A DNA stretch of 63,912 nt, counting the filler, from Octopus bimaculoides (taxonomy: Eukaryota): NCBI RefSeq assembly GCF_001194135.2. It is 6 parts of 6 records of this genome, joined end to end, with 100 filler letters (N's around TTAATTAATTAA, not from the genome) between each part and the next. Parts side by side here need not be neighbours in the genome. Positions count along the whole stretch, not along the records: positions 38,558 to 45,317 come from NC_068991.1; positions 45,418 to 58,408 come from NC_068988.1; 4 more parts are not named here. The stretch is one strand, 5' to 3'. The notes beneath the pieces are model-generated. The model searched no databases, was not told where the DNA came from, and worked only from the letters and a program-made list of their open reading frames with translations. Of the stretch, positions 39,777 through 51,974 are shown piece after piece; position 1 is the first letter of the stretch, and each line of letters opens with the position of its first letter. The translations under genes were made by a program, and so were the position numbers.

Positions 39777-40195
39777 GGCGCATGTGTAGCATGCTTACCA
39801 ACGACATGATTCCGGGTTCAGTCTCACTGCATGGCACATTGGGCAAATGTCGTCTTCTGTTATAGCCTCTGCCGACCAAATTCTTCTGAGTGGATTTAGT
39901 AGACGGAAAGTGAAAGAAGCCCGTCATATATGTATATATTTGTGTTTGCGTGTATGTGTGTATGTATGTATGTATGTATGTATATGTGCGTCTGTGGCTG
40001 TCCCCCACTATCGCTTGACAATCGATGTTGGTGTGTTTACCTCCCCGTAAATTAGCGGTTCGGATAAAGAGTCCGATGGAATAAGTACTAGGCTCACAAA
40101 GAATGAGGCCTGGTGTCGATTTGTTCGACTAAAAAGTGGTGCTCCAGCATGGCCATAGTCAAATGAGTCAAACAAATATAAGAATAAAAGAATAC
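39776..40195 (+). mobile_element. SINE family C, near full length
   Basis: Collinear with the reverse complement of 23980-24389. Confidence 0.85.
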
Positions 40196-40244
40196 ATACA
40201 TTTACACACTTATGCACAAATGTAAAGATTCTATATTCCTTCTA

Positions 40245-41145
40245 ATTTTGGTACAGGTCCACTAATTTTACAGGTTGATCAGGTTGGGGCAGGGGTAGAG
40301 GTAATCGATTACATCGGTCTCAGAATTTGACTGCTACTTTATTTTATTGAGCCCGAATGGTGAAAGATATGGTCAAATTCGGCGGAGTTTGTACCTCAAG
40401 GTAATGAATACGATGAGCTAAGAATTCTGTCAGCTCGCCAGTTCAAACAAAAACATTTAAAATTGATTTCAAATTTTGGCACGATACCAGCAAATTTGAT
40501 AGAGGATCTAATTCGATTACAACGACTCCAGTGCAGCACTGGTATTTAATTTATTGATCCCGAAATGTTGACTGGCAAAGTCGACCTCGGCGCAAACTGA
40601 ACGCAGCGTAAAGACGGGCGAAATGCCGCTAAGCATTATGCCCGGCGTGTTAACGATTCTGCCAGCTTACCGCTTTGCAAGCATTGAATATTGGTTCCAA
40701 ATTTTAGCACAATGCCAGCAAGTTTCAAAAAATGTAAGAGTCTATTTCATAGACTTTACAATTCAACTAGTACTTATCGTATCACCTCCGAAAAGATGAA
40801 CGGCTAAGCGGCCCCTGCGATATTTGAACTCACAACATAAAGACAGAGAAAAAAAGGCGCTATGCACTTTGTCCGGCAAAGTAACGATTCTGCTATCTCG
40901 TAGCCTTGGAAACGCGCAATATTGATATCCAATTTTCTGAGGCAGCGAGTTGGCAGAATCGTTAGCACGAAGGGCAAGTTGAGTTGGGCAAGTTGAGTTG
41001 AAATTCCGCCGGGGTCGACTTTGCCCTTTATCCTTTCGGGTTCAATAAAATAAGTACCAGATAAGTAATAGAGTCGATGCAATCGACGTACCCTCTCCCC
41101 GAAATTGCTGGCCTTGTGCCAAAATTTGAAATCAATATTGATATC
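40245..41145. mobile_element. Cluster of four SINE B' copies (three minus in tandem, one plus)
   Basis: About 40245-40445, 40465-40678 and 40688-40900 (-); 40935-41140 (+). Confidence 0.8.
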
Positions 41146-41750
41146 CAGCTTGGCATTTTTGGTGCTAACGTGCTTCCATGGATAAGTATTTCGAGTTATT
41201 GATTACGTAGTATGGCATTCGATTCTAATAAGCGACATTTTCACTAAGTATTTTCTACCAATAACTAGATTCAACTAATTTTCTAAGGGAAATAGAGTCA
41301 TCGGAAGCCATGGGAGTTTTTCAGAAGATTCCTGATCCTAGGCAATAGTTTTTTAACCGTTACCCGGCTTAGTACAACAACATGGCATCAAAGTGGTTTT
41401 TGAGGGATAGAAGGATAAATATGAAATCAAGAGAAATAAGTAAGTACATAGAGAAGTGCAGTCTACGATGGATTCGAACAGCCGTTAATTGCAGTTTTGT
41501 GGGTAGGTTTGTAATGTAATTGTATATGAGTGTTTCAATTGTTTTTTGAGATTTAAAGATATCAAAATGCCTCCCTGTGTGCGAATGAAGTATTATAGTG
41601 TCTTATTTATAGTTAACATGTGTAGCCTGATAGTGAAACAACATGTCGAAACATAAGTGTTCCAATATACCTAAGCGAGTTAAGAATAAATAGGTCTCTC
41701 TGTATACGGTGCATATAACGATACTTTATCGGTTGGCATATATAAGCAGC

Positions 41751-41930
41751 GGAAATCCACGGAACTTTCCAGGAAATCCCCGGAAATTTCCAGGAAGTTG
41801 ATCTCGAATCCTCGGAACTTCCCACGAAATCCTTTGAATTTTCCAGGAGTGGATCTTAAATCCTCGAAACTTTCCAGGAAAATCATCGAAATTTTCCAGG
41901 GAAATCCCCGGAATTTTCCAGGAAGTTGAT
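41751..41930. repeat. Degenerate minisatellite (about 21-bp unit) rich in GGAAATTTCC/TTCCAGGAA
   Basis: Direct. Confidence 0.85.
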
Positions 41931-41934
41931 CTTA

Positions 41935-42172
41935 AATCAACTGCATTAATATCCTTCACACTTTCCGTCGCGTTGTTGCCAGTATTGAACTCATAAAGCA
42001 AAGTATGCTGAATTTGTTCGAACTGCACTCTTCAAAACTTGAACTAAGAATAAGTACAAAATTAAATTACTACCTGCTTTTATAGCAAGTTGATGCAGGT
42101 AGTTTATCCCTTACCACTCCGACTGAGTTCAAGCAATTCAAAAAGCTGCATTATTTATGGGATGACCCATTA
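41935..42172 (-). mobile_element. 5' end of a second mariner (TIR plus N-terminal HTH), truncated at the minisatellite
   Basis: TA-flanked end (ta)atgggtcatcccataaataatgcagc; QHTLLYEFNTGNNATES..INAV resembles the mariner LLYEF..G..A.EA..I motif. Confidence 0.7.
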
Positions 42173-42251
42173 TATATATAAAATTAATTTACAAAGGTAC
42201 CGTTAATTCTATCTTTATCCAATGCCACTAGTTTAAGAAGGATAAGAGAAT

Positions 42252-42296
<45 letters not shown>

Positions 42297-43918
42297 NNNN
42301 NNNNNNNNNNNNNNNNNNNNNNNNNNNNNNNNNNNNNNNNNNNNNNNNNNNNNNNNNNNNNNNNNNNNNNNNNNNNNNNNNNNNNNNNNNNNNNNNNNNN
42401 NNNNNNNNNNNNNNNNNNNNNNNNNNNNNNNNNNNNNNNNNNNNNNNNNNNNNNNNNNNNNNNNNNNNNNNNNNNNNNNNNNNNNNNNNNNNNNNNNNNN
42501 NNNNNNNNNNNNNNNNNNNNNNNNNNNNNNNNNNNNNNNNNNNNNNNNNNNNNNNNNNNNNNNNNNNNNNNNNNNNNNNNNNNNNNNNNNNNNNNNNNNN
42601 NNNNNNNNNNNNNNNNNNNNNNNNNNNNNNNNNNNNNNNNNNNNNNNNNNNNNNNNNNNNNNNNNNNNNNNNNNNNNNNNNNNNNNNNNNNNNNNNNNNN
42701 NNNNNNNNNNNNNNNNNNNNNNNNNNNNNNNNNNNNNNNNNNNNNNNNNNNNNNNNNNNNNNNNNNNNNNNNNNNNNNNNNNNNNNNNNNNNNNNNNNNN
42801 NNNNNNNNNNNNNNNNNNNNNNNNNNNNNNNNNNNNNNNNNNNNNNNNNNNNNNNNNNNNNNNNNNNNNNNNNNNNNNNNNNNNNNNNNNNNTTTTCCCC
42901 ACGTGAGTTCCGGACCCCATTTAGGAAATTTTTTTCACACGTGAAATCCGGACCCCATTTAGGAAAATTCGGTTGCTTCAGCTCGACGAGTCACATGTCG
43001 AAGTAATCATATCCCAGAATGCTCTGTGGCAAGATCCGAGTATGCTGAGCAGGATGTATTAAAGAGACGTTTTCTCTTATGACAGCGATCAGCGATCAGC
43101 ATATATTGCCTAAGACGGGTTAAGACTAAAAATGTAAATAATCGTTTCAGATTTCGTCGCATACTGTACATATAACAGATTTTTAACAGATATATAACAT
43201 TATAAGTAAAGATGATTAAGGATATACAACTTGGAATTAATATGAGCGCATCGGGAAACAACAGAAATATCAATGATTTACAGCTTAACATAATAATTAT
43301 ATTTAACGGAGTTACATAAACAAAACATACGAAATTACATTACTACAGTAAATACCAGCTCATTTGATAATTAACTGTGTTCTTAGGTATGTATATGTGT
43401 GTATAAATAAGTGTGTGCATGTATGCATAGATGTAGTTCTATGAGTGCGTGTGTGTTGGCGTGCTTTGCGGCTTGTATTAATCCGTAATTGAGAAGTGAA
43501 GCAGCTGTTGAATATATTAGATATAACAGGTAACTGATCAGAAATCCAATTATGATATCGTTAGCTATGGTTTATTTCTGGATGTAATTAATCATAAATA
43601 TGTTTGCCATCTTCAGATTAACCGAGGTTTCTTACCTTTGCGTTTATAAGCTTATGTCATCATCGTCGTTACGAATTTGTCTTAGACCGTCTTTTATTCT
43701 ATCGCAGCCTATCTTTTACGCATCAAAGAATTCATTTGAAGAAACTGATACCCGAACATATTTGTACTTATTCTATCGGTGACTTTTGCCGAACCGCCAT
43801 CTTACGCAGACGTGAAGTAACCAACACTGGTTGTCAAACAGTGGTGGGGAAAAAAAACACAAAGGCACACACAGATGTACACACATGCAAATACACATGA
43901 ATCTCTCTCTGTCTCTGT

Positions 43919-43957
<39 letters not shown>

Positions 43958-44207
43958 ACTTTATATATATATGTATGTATCATATATGCATTATTTAATA
44001 TATATATATATANNNNNNNNNNNNNNNNNNNNNNNNNNNNNNNNNNNNNNNNNNNNNNNNNNNNNNNNNNNNNNNNNNNNNNNNNNNNNNNNNNNNNNNN
44101 NNNNNNNNNNNNNNNNNNNNNNNNNNNNNNNNNNNNNNNNNNNNNNNNNNNNNNNNNNNNNNNNNNNNNNNNNNNNNNNNNNNNNNNNNNNATATATATG
44201 TATATAC

Positions 44208-44495
44208 AGTTTCTATATTTAAGAGATGAGGAATTATTTACATTATTTACATTATTTACATTTGACGGATATTTGTCCTCATCTTGTTTGTTGTTAACAC
44301 AACGTTTCGGCTGATATACCCTCCAGCCTTCGTGAGGTGTCTTGGGGAAATTTTGAACCTGGGTTCTCATTCCTAACGATGATACTATTATTATATCATT
44401 ATTATTATTACTATTATTAATCAGGTCGCTGCCGTGAATCGAACTCGGAATCTTGGGGTTAGTAGCCCGCGCTCTTAACCACTACGCCATATGCG
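44208..44495 (-). mobile_element. tRNA-headed short element with a hammerhead-like, PLE-type tail (copy 2)
   Basis: A-box TGGCGTAGTGG, GGG-CTACTAA-CCC arm, B-box GAGTTCGATTC, (TAA)n, then gacac-CTCACGA-a-GGCTG..CAGCC-GAAAC-GTT-gtgtt (44296-44341) and a terminal AGATGAGGA/TCCTCATCT stem. Confidence 0.82.
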
Positions 44496-45284
44496 TGTGT
44501 GTGCATTAAGAGCTTCTTTCAGTTTTCGTCTACCAAATCCACTGACATAGCTATTGCCGTCCAGCGACTATTATCATAAACACTAGGCCAAGCTGCCAAG
44601 TTATAGGATTGAACGCGCAATCGTGTGGCTGGGAAGCGAACTACTTAACATACAGCCACGCATGCGCCTATGTGGAATATTAGAGCAATACTCGTATATG
44701 AACTAATGTAGATTGAAATGCTCAGTGAATCTGTTTTCATAGGCAGATTTTCTATAAATCTCTTTCAAGTTTGCAATGTTTGGTCTTGAGCAGCTACAAT
44801 AAGGCTTTCTGTTCCTTTTTTTTCAATTGCCCCTTTTTCAACCAGGCTCAGTGTTTTGTTCCACATGCATTCTCAATGACTTTCCAAAAACTAACCCTGT
44901 AAGTGTTTTTCTTCATTGCTTTTAACATGTTCTCTTTGAATTTTATTTTTATCCTTTGGCCATTTTTCAGCCTTGATCACCTGTTTTCCTTATTCACTGC
45001 TTTCAGTAACTTTTCTTTGTTCAGCTAATAATCAAGAGAGCTGTTTCTTTCCATTTGCACAGACTTTTCCACACTAGATAAGCCTCCTCCATTCAACGTC
45101 CTCAAGCAACCCTTATTCAAGGACCTTTTAAGCAGAGTGGACTACGCGACTTGAAGAAAATTCTCACTGGGTCCCACCTGGAACAGAAATATCCTAACAT
45201 CGGGCTACAATAAGTAACCTTAGATGCCAAGAACCCTCCTAAGTATCCTAGCTGTCCTTAATAATACTGTATCTATCCATATAT

Positions 45285-45317
<33 letters not shown>

Positions 45318-45524
45318 NNNNNNNNNNNNNNNNNNNNNNNNNNNNNNNNNNNNNNNNNNNNTTAATTAATTAANNNNNNNNNNNNNNNNNNNNNNNNNNN
45401 NNNNNNNNNNNNNNNNNTTAATTGTTTTACATACATACAGTTGCAAAAGTCTAAATCACTGAAACCGGTATTGAAATGTATTTTATAAAATCATTTTAGC
45501 ATTTTCTAACTTGACTTTTTTCAA

Positions 45525-45560
<36 letters not shown>

Positions 45561-46199
45561 CACTACGCATCCATTTCCATGTAACTTTATATTAATATTT
45601 TTGATGCGACACTACTCTAAACGTTTTCTCCCCCTATCGTTTTATCTCTCATCCTTTCTCTAATTCCTTTCTTTCTCTCCTTCACCGTTTTCTACCTCTG
45701 TCTCTCTCTTCCCCTCTTTCTCTTTTTCTCCCTCTCTTTGCTCACACGTGACCATCGTCCATCTATCTTTTCCTCACGTGACCATCTTTCTTTTCCTTCT
45801 GGACGTCCTAAGGACTGGGTGTCTTCTATCTCTTTCCTCTGTCTTTTCTCTTTTCAAAGAAAATATTTCTCCAGCGTTCACTATTTTACCCTCATTCTGG
45901 TCTAACAACCCTCCATGTTTGTTTTTGTTTGGTTTCCTTGTATGTCTCCACTGTCCTGTTTTCCTTCCCAATTTTGACCCTCCATAAATCCAAAATTTTA
46001 TTTTGGTATTTATGGGAGCAACTGCCTTCGAAGACTCATATTGTCGTTCAATGCTCGAAATGAGTAGATGGACAGCCGGCAACTGATGAAGGATCATTCT
46101 TTATGTTACTTGTCCTGTTTACCATTTGTTTCACTCGTTGTTTGTGTATTCAACTCATTTGTTTTCTGTCTTATTTCATGTTGTTTACTGTTAGTGACG

Positions 46200-48890
46200 T
46201 CCACCCAGACAGTACAACCAGCTCCCCAGCCTTCCAAACATAATTAAGCACCCCAGCAATTCATTCCAACGAAGAACCCCAAACCACGTGCTCCCAACCA
46301 GTTTACCCAGGCAGTAAGACCATCCTCCCAGCAATCCCAATATAATAAATAATAATAATAATACTGATTTAATTAATAACAATAATAACACCAATAATAA
46401 CTTCTACCAACCAAATTACAATAAACATTTTTTAGACCGAGTGGTGAGAAACAGAGACACACGTTGGAACAAAGCACAGGAGAATCATAAAGTTATTAGC
46501 TTATCAAAGAAAACTCTCTCTATAATAAAAATCAGTATACTAGCCAAAGGTTTAAAGTTTACTCCAACACTACGAAGATCTAACCATAATGAAATCAAGG
46601 ACAATATTTCAGAATTCTGCAGAAAACTACGACTCACAGAAGTCCTAACTGACTACAACAACGAAGATGAACCACTGGTCAAAAACAGAAGTAATTACCT
46701 TCCACATAAAGGTTGGAATAAAACACCGGATGACTTCTGCGACCGTATCCAAAATTTTCCATATACTTTCCATAAAAGAAAAATAGATTCGAACCTCAAC
46801 AATCTAGAATGAAAAAATCTAATTGAACTACAAAGCGACAAAGATCTGACAAGTAAAGGAGCATACACAGGAAGTGCTGTAGTCCTGATGGACACAGAGC
46901 ACTATAAAAACCTAATATTATCCATACTAGAAAACGAGGCCTTCTACAAAACAGTTATAAACTATAAACAACAAAAAATCAATGAAAAGTCTTGCATCCC
47001 TAATACTTCTACATGGAAAAGGTCTGACAGAAAAAGAAACAGACGACATCACGAACTTCAAATGTAAACCCAGTCTTTTTTACGGCTTTCCTAAAATGCA
47101 CAAGAGCAAGATTATCAATGAAGCCTGCTAATAATCACCAGGCAAATACATAAATATCCAAACGCCAGAAGACTTAACTTTAAGACCCATTGTAGCTGGC
47201 CCAGCCTGCGAAACCCACCACCTAAGCAATTTTCTAGACAACCTACTGAAACCCTTGCTGAAATACATCAAAATGTTTCATTAGAGACGATTGAAACATG
47301 CTAGAACACCTACCAAAACAATTAATGAAGAGGCATTATCGCTTACCCTCGATGTTATCAAACTTTACACCAACATTCTACATGACTATGGGATAAAAGC
47401 AATCAAATTGTGGTTGGAAAAGTACCCCGTAGTACTCCCGGAATGCATAAATCAGATCTTTATTATGAAATCTTCTAAGTTTATACTTCAGAACAGTTAT
47501 TTCCTATTTGATGACACATACTATCGTCAGAAATGTGGAATTGCAATGGGAACGAAAGTAGCCCTTGTTCTTGCGAACCTAATAATAGGTTATTTTGAAT
47601 TCACCTTATATGAAGTATCACTTCAAAAATATTGTTACACATTTTACCTTTACATAAGAGAAAACTGGAAAAGATACCTAGATGACCGTTTCATCATTTG
47701 GAAGGAGAACATCGACAAACTTTTGGATTTCAAATCAACACTAAATGATAAAAATAGTAACATTTAATTCACAATGGAATATAACAAAGATCAGCTTCCA
47801 TTTTTAGACATCATGATAAAAAATGTCAACAATCAAATTATAATTAACATGTATTATAAACCAACTGATTCAAAAAATATCTCCTGTTTAGCTCATGCCA
47901 CACGAAACATATCAAAATAAATATTCCTTTCAATTTAGCAAAAAAGATCTGCACAATAGTGTCTAATAGAACTACTCGGGACCTTCGTCTTCAAGACCTC
48001 AAAACAACGCTTAATGAAAGACAATAGACGAGGGAATTAAACGTGCCAAAAAATTATACATAAACGCATTAAGAACAACAAAACATAACACCACATCTCA
48101 TTTCAAAACACTACTGTTTATATCAACACGCAACCCCAGAAACAGTGAGGCATTCAACACTATTGTGCAAAATCTCCCTTTACTAACTAGAGATCCAAAA
48201 ATGAATGACATCCTGAAAACGCACAAACTCATCAAATGCAGAAAGCAACACAAATTGCTAAAGAGACTGCTAACAAATGCGAAGCTTTACAAAACAACCT
48301 CGACACCAACGGTTGAAAAATGTGGACGCCCAAACTGTGGGACCTGCCCCAACTTACTTGAAGGCTCAGATTTCCTTTTCAAACAAGGAGAGAGGTTCAC
48401 AATTAAAACTAGTTTCACTTGTGCCTCTAAGAACCTAATTTATGTAATAACCTGCTCGGGTTGTAGACACAACTATATTGGACAGACGAGTATGACCTTG
48501 AGACGGAGAACCACTCTACATAAAAAGCTAATATCTTTCCCGCAATACAGGCAAATTCTTCTCAGTGAACATATAGAAAAATGTGCAGATAACATCAAAC
48601 CAAATTTCACAGTCTTCCCCTTCTACCAGTACAAACACACAATTTTTCGACAAGAACGTTTAAATAAAGAAACTCTTTTTATCGAAAAATACAGAACACA
48701 TCTTAATATGCACGCACAACCAACTTTTGCCTTTTTATTTATTTCAATTCACGATTATATCACTTTACATAAATCCCCTCACCAAACAAGTTTTTCGAAA
48801 CTTTTTTGTCTGTATATATATATTCCCCTCTCCTTACCGAGAGCTGAATAGTTATCTCCCTTGCCCACAACAATAACAATAATAACGATA
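46200..48890 (+). mobile_element. Near full-length decayed Penelope-like element (RT + Cys linker + GIY-YIG; Neptune-like)
   Basis: KGLKFTPT; RPIVAGPACET; LDVIKLYTNI; CGIAMGT..A..LANL; WKRYLDDRFIIW; LPFLDI; CGRPNCGTCP; NLIYVITCSGCRHNYIGQT. Multiple stops and frameshifts. Confidence 0.92.
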
Positions 48891-49262
48891 ACCAATTNNN
48901 NNNNNNNNNNNNNNNNNNNNNNNNNNNNNNNNNNNNNNNNNNNNNNNNNNNNNNNNNNNNNNNNNNNNNNNNNNNNNNNNNNNNNNNNNNNNNNNNNNNN
49001 NNNNNNNNNNNNNNNNNNNNNNNNNNNNNNNNNNNNNNNNNNNNNNNNNNNNNNNNNNNNNNNNNNNNNNNNNNNNNNNNNNNNNNNNNNNNNNNNNNNN
49101 NNNNNNNNNNNNNNNNNNNNNNNNNNNNNNNNNNNNNNNNNNNNNNNNNNNNNNNNNNNNNNNNNNNNNNNNNTATATATAAGGTACTGCTCCGTGAAGA
49201 AAATTCAACAAGAAAGTTCTCCATCTGGTGTATCTATTTATGGTCACAATACATGCATTAAA

Positions 49263-49314
49263 GCGCTACTAATAGTTTCATATGTTGAGGAACTCAAATA
49301 TATTCTTCGGGCGC
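49263..49314 (-). ncRNA. Hammerhead motif, core U4C variant
   Basis: GCGC-CCGAAGA-atat..atat-GAAA-CTA-t-TAGT-A-GCGC. Confidence 0.65.
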
Positions 49315-49996
49315 AAACCACATATCATAATGAACTAAAGAAATTAAATAATAGAAGAAACTCGAAATAAACAGAGATGGCAGCATATAGAAAACGCTGA
49401 CAGTAAACAATGGAAAACGAAAAACAGAAGCTGCAACGCTAAATAATAATACAACTGATAAGAAGACCTATATTGGATTATGTGAAGGAGAATTTAAAAA
49501 TCGTTTTGCCAATCACATAGCCTCCTTCTGACATAGGGACATAAGTAAAGCTATAAAGTTGGCTAGCTACGTAAGGACTTCGAAAGATAACGAAATACCG
49601 CATGTGATTAAATGGAAATTAATTCAGAAATCCATACCTAATGTGAATGGATCGAATAAATGTAGACTTTTTCGGCTGAAAGAATACAGGTCCTTTTCAG
49701 AGCTAAGTTCCCTAACTCTCTATTGAATTCCAGGTCAGAAATTTTCAGTGGTTGCAGTGGTTCTGAAGAATTGGAAAATTCTGCCTATTCCTGACTAACT
49801 TGATATCTTTCCAGCCTTATCATTTAAGGTCTAACGAGGACAGCTCTTTTACCTTTTACTTATTATTTTTGACATTTTAGTTTATGTTTTTCATTTTCCG
49901 TTGTTTACTGTTTGCGTTTTCTATATGATGCTTTCTCAGTTTATTTCGCATTCCTTCTATTATTCAATTTCTTTAGTTTATTATGATATGGGGTTT

Positions 49997-50049
49997 GCGC
50001 CTGAAGAATATGTTTGAGTTCTCTCAACATATGAAACTATTAGTAGAGC
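49997..50049 (+). ncRNA. Type I hammerhead ribozyme motif
   Basis: GCGC-CTGAAGA-ATATGTT(t)GAG-ttct-CTCAACATAT-GAAA-CTA-t-TAGT-A-GAGC; predicted GUA cut after 50045. Confidence 0.75.
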
Positions 50050-50571
50050 TTTAATACAAGTATTGTGACCTTAAATAAATGATATATATATATATTATTT
50101 TAGTTGTTTCAGTCATTTTATTGCAGCCATGCTGCTGCACCGCCTTTCAGTTGAACAAAACGACACCAGGACTTACTATTTGTAAGCCTAGTACTTATTC
50201 TTTCGGTCTCTTTTGCCGAACCGCTAAGTTATGGGTACATAAACATACCAATATGGGTTTCAAGCGATGGTGGGAAGACAAACGCAGACAAATACATACA
50301 TACATACATACATACATACATACATACATGCATACACACGCACACACACACACCCACACACATATATATATATATATGTATATANNNNNNNNNNNNNNNN
50401 NNNNNNNNNNNNNNNNNNNNNNNNNNNNNNNNNNNNNNNNNNNNNNNNNNNNNNNNNNNNNNNNNNNNNNNNNNNNNNNNNNNNNNNNNNNNNNNNNNNN
50501 NNNNTACATACATACATACATGCATACACACGCACACACACACACCCACACACATATATATATTCGAAAAA

Positions 50572-51542
50572 GTTCGTTTTCTGTTTTCGTTTATATGTTT
50601 TCGTTTCTCATTGTGGTTAACGTCTTTTTTTTATGTCCTGTACCCATATATGCGTCTATGTATACATAAAGATGTATGTATGTACATATATGTATGGATA
50701 TATGCATATATTTATATATTATTTATATCATAATATGATCGAACGCCACACATCCTTCTCCAAGTAAGTTTTATCTTAATAATTACAATGCGCACTCTTC
50801 TACTATCTCTTCCCTATCTATCTCTCTCCCTCTCTTGTTCTTCATTCTTTCTGCTTTTCTCTCCCACCCTTTCCCTATTTTTCTCTCCCTTTCACCGATC
50901 CGTCTCTCTCTTTTACTCTTCCTCCTTGACTCTCTCGTTGCTGACACGTGACGAAAGGGGATCTCTATTTCTGCCCACTCCCTTTCTAAAGTAAAGGCAT
51001 GTTTTTTATGTCTCATTTTTATGTTTCTTTTTATGGCACGTCTACCTAGCGTTCATAATAATTTTTCTATCGTCTTGGCTCAACAGCCCTCACCGTTTGT
51101 TTTTACTGTCTTGTTCTCACTGTCCTGTTCTTGTTAACACTTTCACCCTCCGCAAAAAATTCCAAATTTTATTTAATTTGCTTTGCAGGAAGGACTGTTC
51201 CAACGAAGTCGCGTATTGTCCTTGCCTTCGAAACGCGGAGTAATGGAACAGGGACAACTGCCGAAGGGGTATACTCTTTATGTTGCATGTCTCGTTTCCC
51301 TGTTTGTTTTATTCGTTCTTCGATAAATGTTCGTTTTCTGTTTTCCTTTTTATGTTTTCGTTTCTCATTGTGTTTAACGTTTTTTCTTTTCTTTTTTTTT
51401 TGTCCTGTACCCATATATGCATGTATGTATACATATAGATGTAGGTATGTACATATATGTATGGATATATGCATATATTTATATATTATTTATATTATTA
51501 TATGATCGAACGCCACGCATCCTTTTCCAAGTAAGTTTTATA
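50572..51542 (+). mobile_element. Non-coding unit bounded by about 205-bp direct repeats; related to the region upstream of the Neptune-like PLE
   Basis: 50572-50775 matches 51330-51542; 51220-51330 resembles 46020-46140. Confidence 0.6.
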
Positions 51543-51563
51543 TATATATATATATTATGATAT

Positions 51564-51778
51564 CAAGGGCTATTACTGTGCGTAAAATCCATTCGCTTTA
51601 ATGGGACTCTAAAGTCAAACTACTACAATAAGTATTCATACGACTAAACCTTTTTTATTCAAGGAACTTTTCCTAGTTTTCATTCCTCTGATGTCAACGC
51701 GTGTGTATACTTATTGAAGTAGTTTGACTTTAGAGTCCCATTAAAGTGTGTGGCGTCTATGCACAGTAATAGCCCTTG
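51564..51778. mobile_element. MITE-like fold-back with about 80-bp inverted arms
   Basis: caagggctattactgtgc...gcacagtaatagcccttg and ctttaatgggactctaaagtcaaactac/gtagtttgactttagagtcccattaaag. Confidence 0.75.
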
Positions 51779-51910
51779 TTATTATAAGGAATCTTATATA
51801 TAAAGGAAAAGTTTATATACCTTGTATTAATTTTTTTTTTCCTTAATCGGTTTACACGCTGGCTACTCGATGAAATCTTATATAGATTTTATCCTTATAT
51901 TTCATTTGCG

Positions 51911-51974
<64 letters not shown>

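Larger units (their letters stand above)
49237..50078 (+). mobile_element. 5'-truncated PLE: GIY-YIG C-terminal remnant (49445-49685) between inverted pseudo-LTRs
   Basis: YIGLCEGEFKNRFANHIASF...IKWKLIQKS..NGSNKCRLF; arms 49237-49420 and 49885-50078 are reverse complements. Confidence 0.82.

Noticed and set aside
44420-44492. Possible genuine tRNA gene
   Set aside because: No complete acceptor stem or Ser-type variable arm, and it continues into a repeat body shared with 11655-11925; treated as a tRNA-derived head.
46083-46120. CTGATGA motif upstream of the Neptune-like ORF as a hammerhead
   Set aside because: No downstream GAAA or stem III/I could be paired in type I, II or III topology.
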